This document shows positions 18,885 through 29,235 of a DNA stretch of 64,000 bases, one piece after another. The stretch is from Candidatus Pacearchaeota archaeon (GTDB lineage Archaea > Nanobdellota > Nanobdellia > Pacearchaeales > GW2011-AR1). Both the position numbers and the translations under genes were made by a program. The DNA lies in assembly GCA_018303755.1 (NCBI GenBank), contig JAGVXO010000006.1, positions 1,140 through 65,139 on the forward strand, read 5' to 3'. Within the stretch, counting starts at the first letter, position 1. The number at the start of each line of letters is the position of its first letter. A model generated the notes under the pieces. The model ran no database searches. It saw only the letters and a program-made list of their open reading frames with translations, and had not been told where the DNA came from.

Positions 18885-19655
18885 TTAATCAAAATACATT
18901 CTTGATTTTAATTTATCTCTTATTCTTTTTATTGACTGAAGTTTTTTCTCTGAATATTTTGATTTCTGATTTTCATGTATGCGGTAAATATATGCTAAAA
19001 CAGGAATTCTACTGCATTTTATTCCATGCCCTATCATCTGAAGCCATAAATCATAGTCTTCACAGTTTGAAAGCTGTTCATCAAAGCGAAATTTGTCAAA
19101 TAACTCTTTTCTTGCAACAACAGAACCAACAGGAATAAATTTATTTTTGTCAAGATACTTCGCAGGCTCTTCATCCTCTTTGATGTCATCTCTTTCTACA
19201 GACTCTTTCAGAATTTCTGCAGGATTCCTAGAAAATTCTATTGACTCAATTATTTCTTTTTTCCCATCAGGAAAATTTATGATTATATCTCCATAAACAA
19301 AACCAATGTCTCTATGATTATCAAGATACTCAATCTGCTTTTCAAATCTATTGGGTATAGAAATATCATCTGAATCAAAAAAGCATACATAAATTCCTCT
19401 TGATTTTTTAATTCCCTCATTTCTTGCATGCGCAGCACCCTCATTTTTATCAAGATTAATAACTCCCACGCGCTCATCTTTTTTTGCAATTCCTTCTGCA
19501 ATTTCTAAAGTTGAATCAGTTGAACCGTCATTTACAATGATAACTTCAATATCCTCAAATGTGCTTTTTAGCACCGAACAAACTGATTCTTCAAGATACT
19601 TTTCAGAATTGTATGCAGCAATAATCACAGACAGTTTTGGATTTTCAGAGTTCAT
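18885..19655 (-). CDS. family 2 glycosyltransferase
   Basis: LSVIIAAYNSEKYLEESVCSVLKSTFEDIEVIIVNDGSTD and FFDSDD (DxD). Confidence 0.85.
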   Translation of the reverse strand: MNSENPKLSVIIAAYNSEKYLEESVCSVLKSTFEDIEVIIVNDGSTDSTLEIAEGIAKKDERVGVINLDKNEGAAHARNEGIKKSRGIYVCFFDSDDISIPNRFEKQIEYLDNHRDIGFVYGDIIINFPDGKKEIIESIEFSRNPAEILKESVERDDIKEDEEPAKYLDKNKFIPVGSVVARKELFDKFRFDEQLSNCEDYDLWLQMIGHGIKCSRIPVLAYIYRIHENQKSKYSEKKLQSIKRIRDKLKSRMYFD

Positions 19656-20878
19656 TTGTGTGCCAGAGTTTTATAAACATTATATACTTGAAGAGCCACA
19701 TTTTCCCATGCGAAAAGTTTTGCCCTTTCAATTGCCCTTCTTGAATATCTCTCCCTCAGCCTATAATCCCCTAATAATTTTAGAATATCCTCTGCAACCC
19801 TACTGCTGTTAAACTGGGAAATTAGTCCTGCATTTTCAACAACTTCTGGCAACCCTCCCCTATTTGAAACAACAACAGCATTACCACAAGCCATTGCCTC
19901 AAGAACACACAATCCAAAAGATTCATACCTTGATGGCTGAACATAAATTATGCACTCTTTGTATAATTTTGCAAGTGCTTCTCTATTAAGGGAATCATTA
20001 ATCCAGATAAATCTTTCAGGATATTCCTCTGATAATCTTTCAAATTCTACTTTTGTTTTATCCAAAGAAGTAATACTCTGTAATTTTGCAACAGCAATAA
20101 ACCTCGCCTCATTATTTTCCATCAAAACCTGTTCGGCAATTTTTGGAATAAGGTCAATTCCTTTTTCTAAGCTGAATCTTCCGACATATAATATTTTTTT
20201 CTGGCTGTAATCGTGATTCTCCGAGTTATATAATGATAAATCCACCCCATTTGGAATATAAACTACTTTCTTGCTTTTTACTTTAAAATCTTTTATAACC
20301 TCCTCCCGGATATTTTTTGATACTGCAATAAGGCAATCAGCATATTTAATTGTGCTCTCTATCCACTGAGATATGCTAAAGTATTCCTTTTCTTCTTTTG
20401 ACATAAATTTTACTCTATTTTTTTCAATCGCATGAAAAGTATGGACCCACTTTATCTTATTCAGATATTTTGAGATAAATGCTCCAGAAGTTAACCATCC
20501 ATGAGTATGAAGCACATTTATTTCAGATCTGCTGTGCTCCTTCGCAACCTCACTTATAACTTTGTTATCAAATATAAAATACATCATGCGTTTCTTTGTC
20601 ACAAAATCCTCTATTGAAACATCTAATTCTGTTTTTATTCTATGAATAACAATCCGCCCATTATCAATATACTGCTTTTTTATTGTGTTTTTATCTCCTT
20701 TTGCAAACACATGTACTTCACAGCCTATTTTTGCCAACTCTTGTGAAAGATAATATGCATGAACTGCAACACCATTATTGACACTAAGCAAATTATCGGG
20801 ATAGTAATAACTAATAATCGCAACTTTAAACGGCTTTTTAAACAGGTTTCTCAGATAAAATACAAATCTGTTTATCAT
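19652..20878 (-). CDS. family 4 (GT-B) glycosyltransferase
   Basis: The C-terminal motif is PSRYESFGLCVLEAMACGNAVVVSNRGGLPEVV. There is a 4-bp overlap with the downstream GT2 gene. Confidence 0.85.
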   Translation of the reverse strand: MINRFVFYLRNLFKKPFKVAIISYYYPDNLLSVNNGVAVHAYYLSQELAKIGCEVHVFAKGDKNTIKKQYIDNGRIVIHRIKTELDVSIEDFVTKKRMMYFIFDNKVISEVAKEHSRSEINVLHTHGWLTSGAFISKYLNKIKWVHTFHAIEKNRVKFMSKEEKEYFSISQWIESTIKYADCLIAVSKNIREEVIKDFKVKSKKVVYIPNGVDLSLYNSENHDYSQKKILYVGRFSLEKGIDLIPKIAEQVLMENNEARFIAVAKLQSITSLDKTKVEFERLSEEYPERFIWINDSLNREALAKLYKECIIYVQPSRYESFGLCVLEAMACGNAVVVSNRGGLPEVVENAGLISQFNSSRVAEDILKLLGDYRLRERYSRRAIERAKLFAWENVALQVYNVYKTLAHK

Positions 20879-20959
20879 TTTAATCCAATTCCTCCCCTCC
20901 TTTTAATTTTTCAGTCATTTTACTCTAAGGCTGTTTTCTCTTTTAAATGTTTTGAAAAT

Positions 20960-21358
20960 TTAATCAGGTAATACAAATTTTGGATATTTCTCAAAAAAAG
21001 AAGTTAATATAGTTTCATATTTGCACACTTTTTCGGGAGGAATATTGCCCCTCCTAATATCAAAATCAATCGGAATTCCCAACTTACCGGCAGGATAAAC
21101 TTCTTTTATTGCAATGAGGCAAGCTGCTAATTGCGCAATATCTCTTGGATTTTCTAACTTTTTATTTAAATAATCACTTAATAATTGTTTATATCTCCCA
21201 TATTCTGGAACTATTTGTTCTTGAATATCTGAAATTCCCAATTTCTTTTTTAATTCTTTTACCCTCGCAGATTCAACAATATCTTTGAAAAGTCCACTAT
21301 TGGGCATTTCAGCAACTTTACTTTCAACATCAGAATTTAATAAATTTTTTCTGTCCAT
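20960..21358 (-). CDS. hypothetical protein
   Basis: 132-aa ORF with no recognisable motif. Confidence 0.5.
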   Translation of the reverse strand: MDRKNLLNSDVESKVAEMPNSGLFKDIVESARVKELKKKLGISDIQEQIVPEYGRYKQLLSDYLNKKLENPRDIAQLAACLIAIKEVYPAGKLGIPIDFDIRRGNIPPEKVCKYETILTSFFEKYPKFVLPD

Positions 21359-21399
21359 GCAACTACCTATTAACAGGGTTTATAAAACCTTCCCCGGAT

Positions 21400-21540
21400 T
21401 TTTATATTCTACAAATCTCTAATCAGGTTGCACAATGGTTGTTTAATTGCTTTAATTTATATTAAATGAAAAAAAGAAAAAACACCAATAGACAAACTTA
21501 AAATAAGTAAAAATTATGAGATGTTAGCAGAATAAATATA
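21400..21540 (+). repeat. IGR3B copy, forward (no clear GC hairpin)
   Basis: TTTATATTCTACAAATCTCTAATC...GCTTTAATTTATATTAAATG...CTTAAAATAAGTAAAAATTATGAGATGTTAGCAGAATAAATATA. Confidence 0.7.
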
Positions 21541-21603
21541 CAATTTAATTAAATATTAGATAAGTTTAATTTAATATATTTAATATCTCCAATAATCAAA
21601 AAG

Positions 21604-21909
21604 TTAAATTAATTCTTCAATCTCTTCTTCAATTTCCTCTTCCTGTTCTTTTGAAATCGCAGGCTCGTTTTCTTTTATGTCTATTGATTTCTCTATTTCT
21701 CTGGAAATTTCTGGATTTTTGCCAATGTTTTGCAAAGAATCTTTTTTTGTTTTAAGCGATTCTTTTGATATTTTCAGCTTATTTTCAAGCATTGCATTTC
21801 CCTTGAACATATTTGCCAGGTCATATTCAGTATTTTTTATTCTCTTTTCAAGTTCATAAATCTCTTCTTCGAGTTTTTCCTGCTGTGTTTTTTCATCATC
21901 TGGCTTCAT
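21604..21909 (-). CDS. acidic coiled-coil protein
   Basis: 101 aa, E/K-rich with heptad-like composition. Confidence 0.45.
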   Translation of the reverse strand: MKPDDEKTQQEKLEEEIYELEKRIKNTEYDLANMFKGNAMLENKLKISKESLKTKKDSLQNIGKNPEISREIEKSIDIKENEPAISKEQEEEIEEEIEELI

Positions 21910-21980
21910 TTTAATTATTTCCTTGTGATTATCCCAATTTATTAAGGTATTTATATGTTTTTAATGCAATTAGAGAATGT

Positions 21981-22160
21981 CTATTTAATTAATCCAAGTT
22001 CAGAAGCAATATGGTTAAAATCATAGCCATTTTCTAATCTGTCATTTCTTTCAACTCTTATCTCTCCTTTAACACTCTTATATTTTCTCCACTTATCAAA
22101 TGCTCCCTGCCCTATTTTGCATTCTTCAAGTTCTTCATTTAAATCTCTTTCATTTCTCAT
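21981..22160 (-). CDS. small hypothetical protein (59 aa, below the ORF-track cutoff)
   Basis: Hand-translated as MRNERDLNEELEECKIGQGAFDKWRKYKSVKGEIRVERNDRLENGYDFNHIASELGLIK, running ATG to TAG. Confidence 0.3.
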   Translation of the reverse strand: MRNERDLNEELEECKIGQGAFDKWRKYKSVKGEIRVERNDRLENGYDFNHIASELGLIK

Positions 22161-22290
22161 AGATTAAGCTCAACCAGCCATATATTTATACTTTTATGTG
22201 ATTTAGTGATTAGATTTATAAGAATAAGTTAATGGCTTATGCAGAAAATAAAGAGATAATTTATAAATCTAAACAGGCAATATTTATTAT

Positions 22291-22911
22291 ATGGTAATCC
22301 TCGCATCAATATACCTCTTTTTTCTTGCATTGGTTTTTGCTCTTGTTGAGATAGAAATAGAGGGAAAATTTGGATGGGCAGAAAAACTGCCGACTTGGTA
22401 TAGAAAATCCGGACTTGCAAAAATATACACTTTTTTTAATAGCAAAAAACCCCTAACAGGATATCATCTTTTTATGCTGTTATTCCTTTTATTGATTATT
22501 CATTTTGGCTTTTTTGTAGGGCTACCATGGTCTTTATCAAAAGAATTAGAAATAATAACATATTATATCCTATTTCTTACTATTGAAGATTTTTTGTGGT
22601 TTGTTTTTAATCCAAATTACGGACTTAAAAATTTCAAGAAGAATAAGATTTGGTGGCATTATGATTGTAAATGGGTACTGGGTTTATTCCCATTAAATTA
22701 CCTTTCTGCAGTTTTAATTGCTATTTTATTAACTTATTTTTCATCTATAATCCAAGACAACACGCAATTTTTTTATTATTATTTGATTTCTCTTGGAATT
22801 CTAACACTTCTTGTTTTACTATCAGTAATTGTACTTTTGCCAATTTATAAGAAATGGTATTTCTTTATGAGGAAGAAAGATGAACGGAAAAAAAGCAATA
22901 TTTTTCATTAA
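22291..22911 (+). CDS. polytopic membrane protein
   Basis: 206 aa with multiple hydrophobic helices, inside the glycosyltransferase cluster. Confidence 0.55.
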   Translation: MVILASIYLFFLALVFALVEIEIEGKFGWAEKLPTWYRKSGLAKIYTFFNSKKPLTGYHLFMLLFLLLIIHFGFFVGLPWSLSKELEIITYYILFLTIEDFLWFVFNPNYGLKNFKKNKIWWHYDCKWVLGLFPLNYLSAVLIAILLTYFSSIIQDNTQFFYYYLISLGILTLLVLLSVIVLLPIYKKWYFFMRKKDERKKSNIFH

Positions 22912-22987
22912 TAAAAAGACATTAATTGATTAATATCCTGAAATAAAAATAGGTAAGATTTAAATAGAAAATAGGTTATTTTACAGT

Positions 22988-24178
22988 ATGAAGATAGCAA
23001 TTTTTACAGATACTTTTCTTCCGCAGGTTAATGGAGTAGTAACTGCCACAATAAGTTTAGCAAAAAATCTTGCAGATAGGGGACATAAAATTTATATAAT
23101 CTGCCCAAAATTTAATGGAACAAGTTATTTCAAGCATAAAAATATTCAGATTATAAGAATGGGTTCTATTCCTGCTTATTTTTATGAAGACTTCAGATTT
23201 ACTGCGCCCGTTAGTTTCAAGCTTTTTAATTTTCTAAAAAAAGAAAAAATAGATATTATTCATTTCCAGACACAAATGCCTTTGGGAATACAGGCCATAA
23301 TTCTCTCAAAACTTCTTAAAATACCCCTGATTGGGACTTTTCATACAAATATAGCAGACCCCGATTATCTAAAGCATATAAAATTAAATAACAAGTATGT
23401 TCAAAATATTTCCTGGATATACAATAGATTTTACTATAATAGATGTGATTTGATAACCTGTCCATCAGAAGTAACGAGGGAAGAATTATTAAAAAGTGGT
23501 TTTAAAGAACCAATAAAAGCAATATCAAATGGAATTAATCTTAATATTTTTAATAACTCAAATTGGAAACAAGTTAAAAAAAAGTACAATAAAAAAGGAA
23601 AAATACTCCTTTTTGTAGGGAGAATTGCGCATGAAAAAAATATCTTCTATCTTTTGGACTGCTTTAAATTAATATTAAAAAAAGTTCCAAATACGAAATT
23701 ACTGGTTGTTGGAGATGGACCCCAAATGACTCAGCTGAAACAAAAAATTAAGGATTTGAAAGTATCTAACAATATAATTTTAACAGGAAGAATCGCTCAT
23801 GAAAAGCTTATCAAATCTTCTATCTTTAAGATATCAGATTTATTTGTAACTGCTTCAACAACAGAAACGCAGGGTATATCAACCCTTGAAGCACAAGCTA
23901 ATGGTTTAGTATGTGTAGGCATAAATAAAGGGGGGATAAAGAATTTAATAAAAGATAATTATAATGGTTTTTTAGTTGAGAGAAATAATAAGAAAAAATT
24001 TGCAGATAGGATAATACAAATATTAACCGATAAAAATCTTTATAAAAAAATGAGAATTAATACATTGAAAGAGATTAAGAAACATGATATCTCAAAAATT
24101 ACAGGAATATGGGAAAAAGAATACACAAAATTAATTAAAAAATATAACCCTATAAATAAACAAAGCAATCTTTTATAA
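22988..24178 (+). CDS. family 4 (GT-B) glycosyltransferase
   Basis: MKIAIFTDTFLPQVNGV at the N-terminus and TETQGISTLEAQANGLVCVG near the C-terminus. Confidence 0.85.
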   Translation: MKIAIFTDTFLPQVNGVVTATISLAKNLADRGHKIYIICPKFNGTSYFKHKNIQIIRMGSIPAYFYEDFRFTAPVSFKLFNFLKKEKIDIIHFQTQMPLGIQAIILSKLLKIPLIGTFHTNIADPDYLKHIKLNNKYVQNISWIYNRFYYNRCDLITCPSEVTREELLKSGFKEPIKAISNGINLNIFNNSNWKQVKKKYNKKGKILLFVGRIAHEKNIFYLLDCFKLILKKVPNTKLLVVGDGPQMTQLKQKIKDLKVSNNIILTGRIAHEKLIKSSIFKISDLFVTASTTETQGISTLEAQANGLVCVGINKGGIKNLIKDNYNGFLVERNNKKKFADRIIQILTDKNLYKKMRINTLKEIKKHDISKITGIWEKEYTKLIKKYNPINKQSNLL

Positions 24179-24179
24179 A

Positions 24180-24902
24180 ATGCTGAGTATTGTTATTATC
24201 ACTAAAAACGAAGAAAAAACTATTCCTATATTGTTAAAATCAATAAAAAAACAAGATTTTAGTGATTATGAAGTTATTGTATCTGACGCAAAATCGATAG
24301 ATAACACTAGAGCAATTGCAAAAAAGTATAAATGCAGAATAGTTAAAGGGGGTTTACCCTCAGTAGGAAGGAATAATGGGGCTAAAGCTGCTAAAGGAAA
24401 TTTAATACTTTTTTTAGATTCAGATACTTATATTCCGAAAGGATTTCTAAAAGAAAATGTAGAAGAATTTAATAAGAAAAATCTCTGTATAGCAATACCT
24501 CTTACAAAACCAATCTCAACTAAATTTATCGATAAAATTCTCTATAGTCTATTTAGGGGATTTACAATAATCAGCCAGTATTTCTTCCCAAATGGCGCAG
24601 GATTTTGCATATTTTGTAAAAAAAAGGTATTTAAGAAAGTAAAAGGATTTGATGAAAAACTAATTTTAGGAGAAGATCATGATTTTATAAGAAGATGTTT
24701 AAAATATGGAAAGTTTGGGATTCTATATAGTAAACCAATCTTCTCAAGTGTGAGAAGATTTGATAGAGAAGGAAGAATCAAGCTCATAACAAAGTATCTT
24801 ATTTTAGGTTTGAATCAGGTAATATTGGGCAGAAAATCCTATTCTTCAATTTTTAATTATGAAATGCAAGGAGTCAATATTACAAGATTAAATAAAAAAT
24901 AG
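24180..24902 (+). CDS. family 2 glycosyltransferase
   Basis: MLSIVIITKNEEKTIPILLKSIKKQDFSDYEVIVSDAKSIDNT and LDSDT. It starts 2 bp after the GT4 stop. Confidence 0.85.
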   Translation: MLSIVIITKNEEKTIPILLKSIKKQDFSDYEVIVSDAKSIDNTRAIAKKYKCRIVKGGLPSVGRNNGAKAAKGNLILFLDSDTYIPKGFLKENVEEFNKKNLCIAIPLTKPISTKFIDKILYSLFRGFTIISQYFFPNGAGFCIFCKKKVFKKVKGFDEKLILGEDHDFIRRCLKYGKFGILYSKPIFSSVRRFDREGRIKLITKYLILGLNQVILGRKSYSSIFNYEMQGVNITRLNKK

Positions 24903-24911
24903 GCAATGTTT

Positions 24912-25568
24912 TTAATCTAAATTAAAAACTATCTTTCTTATTTTTCTTGAAAAAAGAGGAATCAATGAAAACCCCATTATCAAAATCGAAGCAAATAAAA
25001 ACTGTATTGAAAAAATATTTTGGGTGCTTTTCATAAAATAAATAGTTATAATTGTTCCAGGCATTATCCCTATTAACGTAGCAAGAATAAACGGCAGAAA
25101 TTTTATTCTTGATAAACCAGACCCGATATTAATCAATTCATAAGGTATTAAGGTTATTAATCTTAAAAAGAAAACTCTTAAAAATTCTTCATGTGAAAGA
25201 GTTTTATCATAGTCCTTTAATTTTTCAACATTTTTTCTAAATCTATTTTCAAAATATTCTCTTCCAATATATCTTGCAACAAAAAAGGATATGGCTGCGC
25301 CAATAGTTAGCCCTAGAATGCTAATAAAAAAGGCTATATATGAATTTAAAAGCAAGGCAGTTATTGCTACCGGGATAGTGAATATAAGCCCTACTGAAGA
25401 AGTGATTATAATTAGTACTAATAATAAAATTGGAACCCAGGAGCCAAAGGAACCAATATAATTTTCTAATTTAGCAATATTAAAACTAAAAGCCTTTTCA
25501 ATAAAATAGGTTGCTAAAATTATTAATAATATTACTAACACAAGTGAGATTACATGCCCCTTTTTCAT
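24912..25568 (-). CDS. TVP38/TMEM64 (DedA-related) membrane protein
   Basis: 218 aa and polytopic. The segment GLTIGAAISFFVARYIGREYF is typical of the VTT/DedA domain. Confidence 0.6.
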   Translation of the reverse strand: MKKGHVISLVLVILLIILATYFIEKAFSFNIAKLENYIGSFGSWVPILLLVLIIITSSVGLIFTIPVAITALLLNSYIAFFISILGLTIGAAISFFVARYIGREYFENRFRKNVEKLKDYDKTLSHEEFLRVFFLRLITLIPYELINIGSGLSRIKFLPFILATLIGIMPGTIITIYFMKSTQNIFSIQFLFASILIMGFSLIPLFSRKIRKIVFNLD

Positions 25569-25643
25569 TAAAATACTATGGAAGTGAGGTTTAAAAATTT
25601 AGGTTTCCATAACCTTTAAAATAGTTGAATACATTTAATTAAT

Positions 25644-26261
25644 ATGGGTAGAAAAAGAGAGTGGGCAAAAGAGTTTTGGAGCCATAAATGGCTTATATTC
25701 ATCTCGCTAATTTTCCTTGCAATTTCAATTTCGCTTGATTATGCCTCAAGCCTCTATTTAAAAAAAATTTCAACAGTTGTTGTTCCTGATTTAATTCTTG
25801 ATCATATCCCCACAATAGACTTATCGTTTATATTTATTTATGGTGCAATATTAGTGACATCTGTATTTTTCTTATATCCCCTATTTTTTAAAGTAAAAGA
25901 ACTGCACAAAGCAATTGCGCAGTTCAGCCTGCTGATTATGGTGCGCTCAATATTTACGACTTTAACACATCTGCAGGAGCCGATTTTATCAATAACCTAT
26001 CATGCACCAAAATTTCTTTTCTTTTTTAATGTTCAGAATGATTTATTTTTCTCAGGGCATACTGCCATTCCTTTCTTAGGATTTTTGCTTTTCAAAGACA
26101 GCAAAATAAAATACTTTTTCCTGGCAATGTCAGTAATAATGGCGATAACAGTTCTTTTTATGCACGCGCATTACAGCATTGATGTATTCAGCGCATTTTT
26201 CATAACATACGGCACTTTTAAAATAGGCGAATGGTTCTTTAAAATGATTGATAGGTATTAA
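25644..26261 (+). CDS. PAP2_C / sphingomyelin-synthase-like membrane phosphotransferase
   Basis: FSGHTAIPF and HAHYSIDVFSAF match the SGHT and HYxxDV motifs of the PAP2_C (SMS-like) family. Confidence 0.6.
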   Translation: MGRKREWAKEFWSHKWLIFISLIFLAISISLDYASSLYLKKISTVVVPDLILDHIPTIDLSFIFIYGAILVTSVFFLYPLFFKVKELHKAIAQFSLLIMVRSIFTTLTHLQEPILSITYHAPKFLFFFNVQNDLFFSGHTAIPFLGFLLFKDSKIKYFFLAMSVIMAITVLFMHAHYSIDVFSAFFITYGTFKIGEWFFKMIDRY

Positions 26262-26269
26262 TTATTGGT

Positions 26270-26400
26270 TTATTCTTTAAATATCCCATTCTTTTTCCTC
26301 ATTTTACATCCTTTCAATTTACTTTTATTTTTTTCAATTAAGTTTATCCAATGCCCAATTAAAACAAATAAAAAACCAATTAACAAGCAAATTTAGGATT
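26270..26400 (-). repeat. IGR3B copy, reverse
   Basis: AAATATCCCATTCTTTTTCCTCATTTTACATCCTTTCAATTT..., starting 9 nt after the stop at 26261. Confidence 0.65.
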
Positions 26401-26402
26401 TT

Positions 26403-26615
26403 CTAAGGCAATGTTCCAGATATTTTATCCCTTATCTTGCTTAAATTAATTAATTTCATTAAAACCAAAAGGGAGATTATCACAGCAATCAAAATTATAT
26501 AATAAATATCTTTCTGAATTTTTGAAAGCAATAGTGAATAAGAAGCGCCGAAAAGATACCCTGCAATCAAAAACATCCCAATTCCAACAATTACTCCAGG
26601 AATGTTATATTTCAA
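26403..26615 (-). CDS. small membrane protein
   Basis: 70 aa with two hydrophobic helices. Confidence 0.4.
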   Translation of the reverse strand: MKYNIPGVIVGIGMFLIAGYLFGASYSLLLSKIQKDIYYIILIAVIISLLVLMKLINLSKIRDKISGTLP

Positions 26616-26771
26616 GAAATCTTTATATTTTATAAGCTTGCCTGCTGAAAGAAAACTGCTCTACTTTAGTGGTGAGTGAATTTCAGCTTTCATGTTGGCA
26701 AGCTTATAAAAAGATTGTGAAAAGCCTTCTCTCAACCAAAAGCTTTTAACCTCATTCTAAATTAGATATTT

Positions 26772-28502
26772 ATGGAAACCAAATCAAAAATCCGCCAGCC
26801 GATTGTAACCATAGCAGGGCATGTAGACCATGGCAAGACAAGCATTCTTGATGCAATAAGAGGAAGTTCTGTTGTGCAGGCAGAGGCTGGAGGTATAACT
26901 CAGAAAATATCATTCACAAGCTTTCCCTCAGAAGCCCTTAGAAAAGCGTGTCCGCTGATAAAAAAATATGATTTAAATCTTGAAATACCTGGCTTTTTAT
27001 TTATTGATACACCCGGGCATGCAGCTTTTACAAGTTTGAGAAAACGCGGAGGAAGTTTGTCAGATTTGGCAGTTTTGGTAATTGATATAAATGAAGGGAT
27101 AAAACCGCAAACAGCAGAAGTTCTGCAGATTATGAAACATAATAAAACTCCTTTTATAATTGCCTTGAATAAAATAGACAAGATAAGAGGATGGAGCAGA
27201 ATTGAAGAAGAAGTTAAAAATAATATTGAAAGACAACCTGTTCATGCAAAGCAGGAATTTGACGAAAAATTTTATACAATTGTCGGCGCACTTAACAGCT
27301 ACGGATTTGATTCAGAATTATTTTATAGAATAAATGATTTCACAAAAAAAGTTGCGCTTGTTCCATGTTCTGCTAAAACAAAAGAAGGGCTTGCTGAAAT
27401 TCTTATGGTTTTATGCGGATTGTCACAGAGATTTTTAAAAGAGCGGATAACTCTTGGGAAAACTGCAAAAGGAATTATTCTCGAAATGAAAAAAGAAAAA
27501 AATATGAATCTTATTGAAGCAATACTCTATGACGGGACTCTTTCAGTAAATGATGAAATTGCAATCGCAAGTTTTGAAAAGCCAATACTAACAAAAGTAA
27601 AGGCAATTCATGAGATTCTGCCTTTATCGTTTAAATTTAAATCTGTTAACTGCTCTTCTGCTGCATCTGGAATAAGAATGCAAATTTCTTCAAAAGAAGG
27701 TGTGCTTCCTGGAATGCCTTTTATGACATATACCAATGAAACAGAAATTGCAGAAAGTTTTAAACAGCTTGGGGATTCAATAAAGCCAGATAAAAAAGGG
27801 ATAATCATAAAAGCAGATTCTCTCGGGAGTTTGGAAGCAATAATTTTAATGCTCAAAGAACATAATATAAAATTTGTAAAAGCAGGTATAGGCTCGATAA
27901 ACAAAAGTGATATACTAAGCGCAAAGGCGAATCTTGAAATTGATCCTATTGATGCATTAGTTGCTGGTTTTAATGTTGAAGTTGAAGAAGATGCTAAATC
28001 AGAAGGAATAAAAATAATTAGGGAAGACATTATATATAAACTGATAGAAAATCTGCAGAAGTTTAGAGAAGAAAAAGCTAGTGAAATAGAAAAAGAACGG
28101 CTGATGGAACTTGCAAATATTGCAAAGCTTGAAATTCTCCATCAGTATATTTTCAGAAATACATCTCCTGCAATTTTTGGAGTTAGAGTTGCAGCAGGAA
28201 AAATAAAATCAGGCATGGAATTAATTGATGGGCAAGGAGAAAGCATTGGAAGAATAAAACATATTGAATCAGAAGGAAAATCAGTTTTAGAGGCATCTTC
28301 AGGCATGGAAGTTGCAATTTCCATTCCAGGAGCAAACTTTGAAAGAAAGCTCAAGGATAAAAAATACCTTTTTTCAGAGCTAAGTGAAAGGCAATTCAAA
28401 AAGTTTAAAGATAATAAAGACTTGCTCTCAAGTGATGAAATTTCTGTTTTGCATGATATAAAAGCAATAAAGCAGAAGAAGAATGGTGGGTGGGGAAATT
28501 AG
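26772..28502 (+). CDS. infB: translation initiation factor aIF5B
   Basis: The GTPase motifs are PIVTIAGHVDHGKTSILD, DTPGH and NKID. The length and domain order are typical of aIF5B. Confidence 0.92.
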   Translation: METKSKIRQPIVTIAGHVDHGKTSILDAIRGSSVVQAEAGGITQKISFTSFPSEALRKACPLIKKYDLNLEIPGFLFIDTPGHAAFTSLRKRGGSLSDLAVLVIDINEGIKPQTAEVLQIMKHNKTPFIIALNKIDKIRGWSRIEEEVKNNIERQPVHAKQEFDEKFYTIVGALNSYGFDSELFYRINDFTKKVALVPCSAKTKEGLAEILMVLCGLSQRFLKERITLGKTAKGIILEMKKEKNMNLIEAILYDGTLSVNDEIAIASFEKPILTKVKAIHEILPLSFKFKSVNCSSAASGIRMQISSKEGVLPGMPFMTYTNETEIAESFKQLGDSIKPDKKGIIIKADSLGSLEAIILMLKEHNIKFVKAGIGSINKSDILSAKANLEIDPIDALVAGFNVEVEEDAKSEGIKIIREDIIYKLIENLQKFREEKASEIEKERLMELANIAKLEILHQYIFRNTSPAIFGVRVAAGKIKSGMELIDGQGESIGRIKHIESEGKSVLEASSGMEVAISIPGANFERKLKDKKYLFSELSERQFKKFKDNKDLLSSDEISVLHDIKAIKQKKNGGWGN

Positions 28503-28544
28503 GATAACAATCCTTTTAAACTAACATTTATTTTTAAATTTGTA

Positions 28545-29234
28545 ATGCAAAGAGAATCAAAAGAAGGGCCGTCAAGAACAGTAATTTCGGGATTTGAATT
28601 TATAAGAAGAGAACCACCTGAAATAAATCCTGGCATTGCATTATTCTATGCACAAACACCTCCAATAGGATTGAATATTATTTGTTACGGCTATTATTTT
28701 TCAAAAAGAGCTATATCTATGATAGATGAACATACTTTTCCAGAGGAAATACAAGAAGATATTGGGGATTGCATATCTTATCTAAAAAATATTGCAAAAA
28801 CTAATAAACATGGTTTTTTACGGGTAACTTCTGTTGGAGGAGTAGATGATCCAACAGCATTTCTTGAAGCCCCTGGAGATTTGCTAAAGAGAGAGGAAGA
28901 TTTAAAGAGCGGAGATGATGTTGATGAAATCTTTGATAAGGCATTCAAGGAGTATTATTCCCTTAGAAAATCAATGTTGATTGCAAAACCAACATCAAGA
29001 CCAATGATTACAAGAAACAATATTTTAGCATTTATTAATGAACATCAAACATTACCTTTGGGCGACAGACATACGGGGCTTATTTCTATGCTCGAGCATT
29101 TTTGCCCTGATGAAGCAGATATTGGAAAGGTATGCAGAATGATTGAAAATATGGAAAGATTAAATTATCTTAAAACAAAAATTCCTGATTTAGGCAATGG
29201 ATATGGAATAAGAAGATTTGCTATTCCAGAATAA
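28545..29234 (+). CDS. hypothetical protein
   Basis: 229-aa ORF with no recognisable motif. Confidence 0.5.
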   Translation: MQRESKEGPSRTVISGFEFIRREPPEINPGIALFYAQTPPIGLNIICYGYYFSKRAISMIDEHTFPEEIQEDIGDCISYLKNIAKTNKHGFLRVTSVGGVDDPTAFLEAPGDLLKREEDLKSGDDVDEIFDKAFKEYYSLRKSMLIAKPTSRPMITRNNILAFINEHQTLPLGDRHTGLISMLEHFCPDEADIGKVCRMIENMERLNYLKTKIPDLGNGYGIRRFAIPE

Positions 29235-29235
29235 A

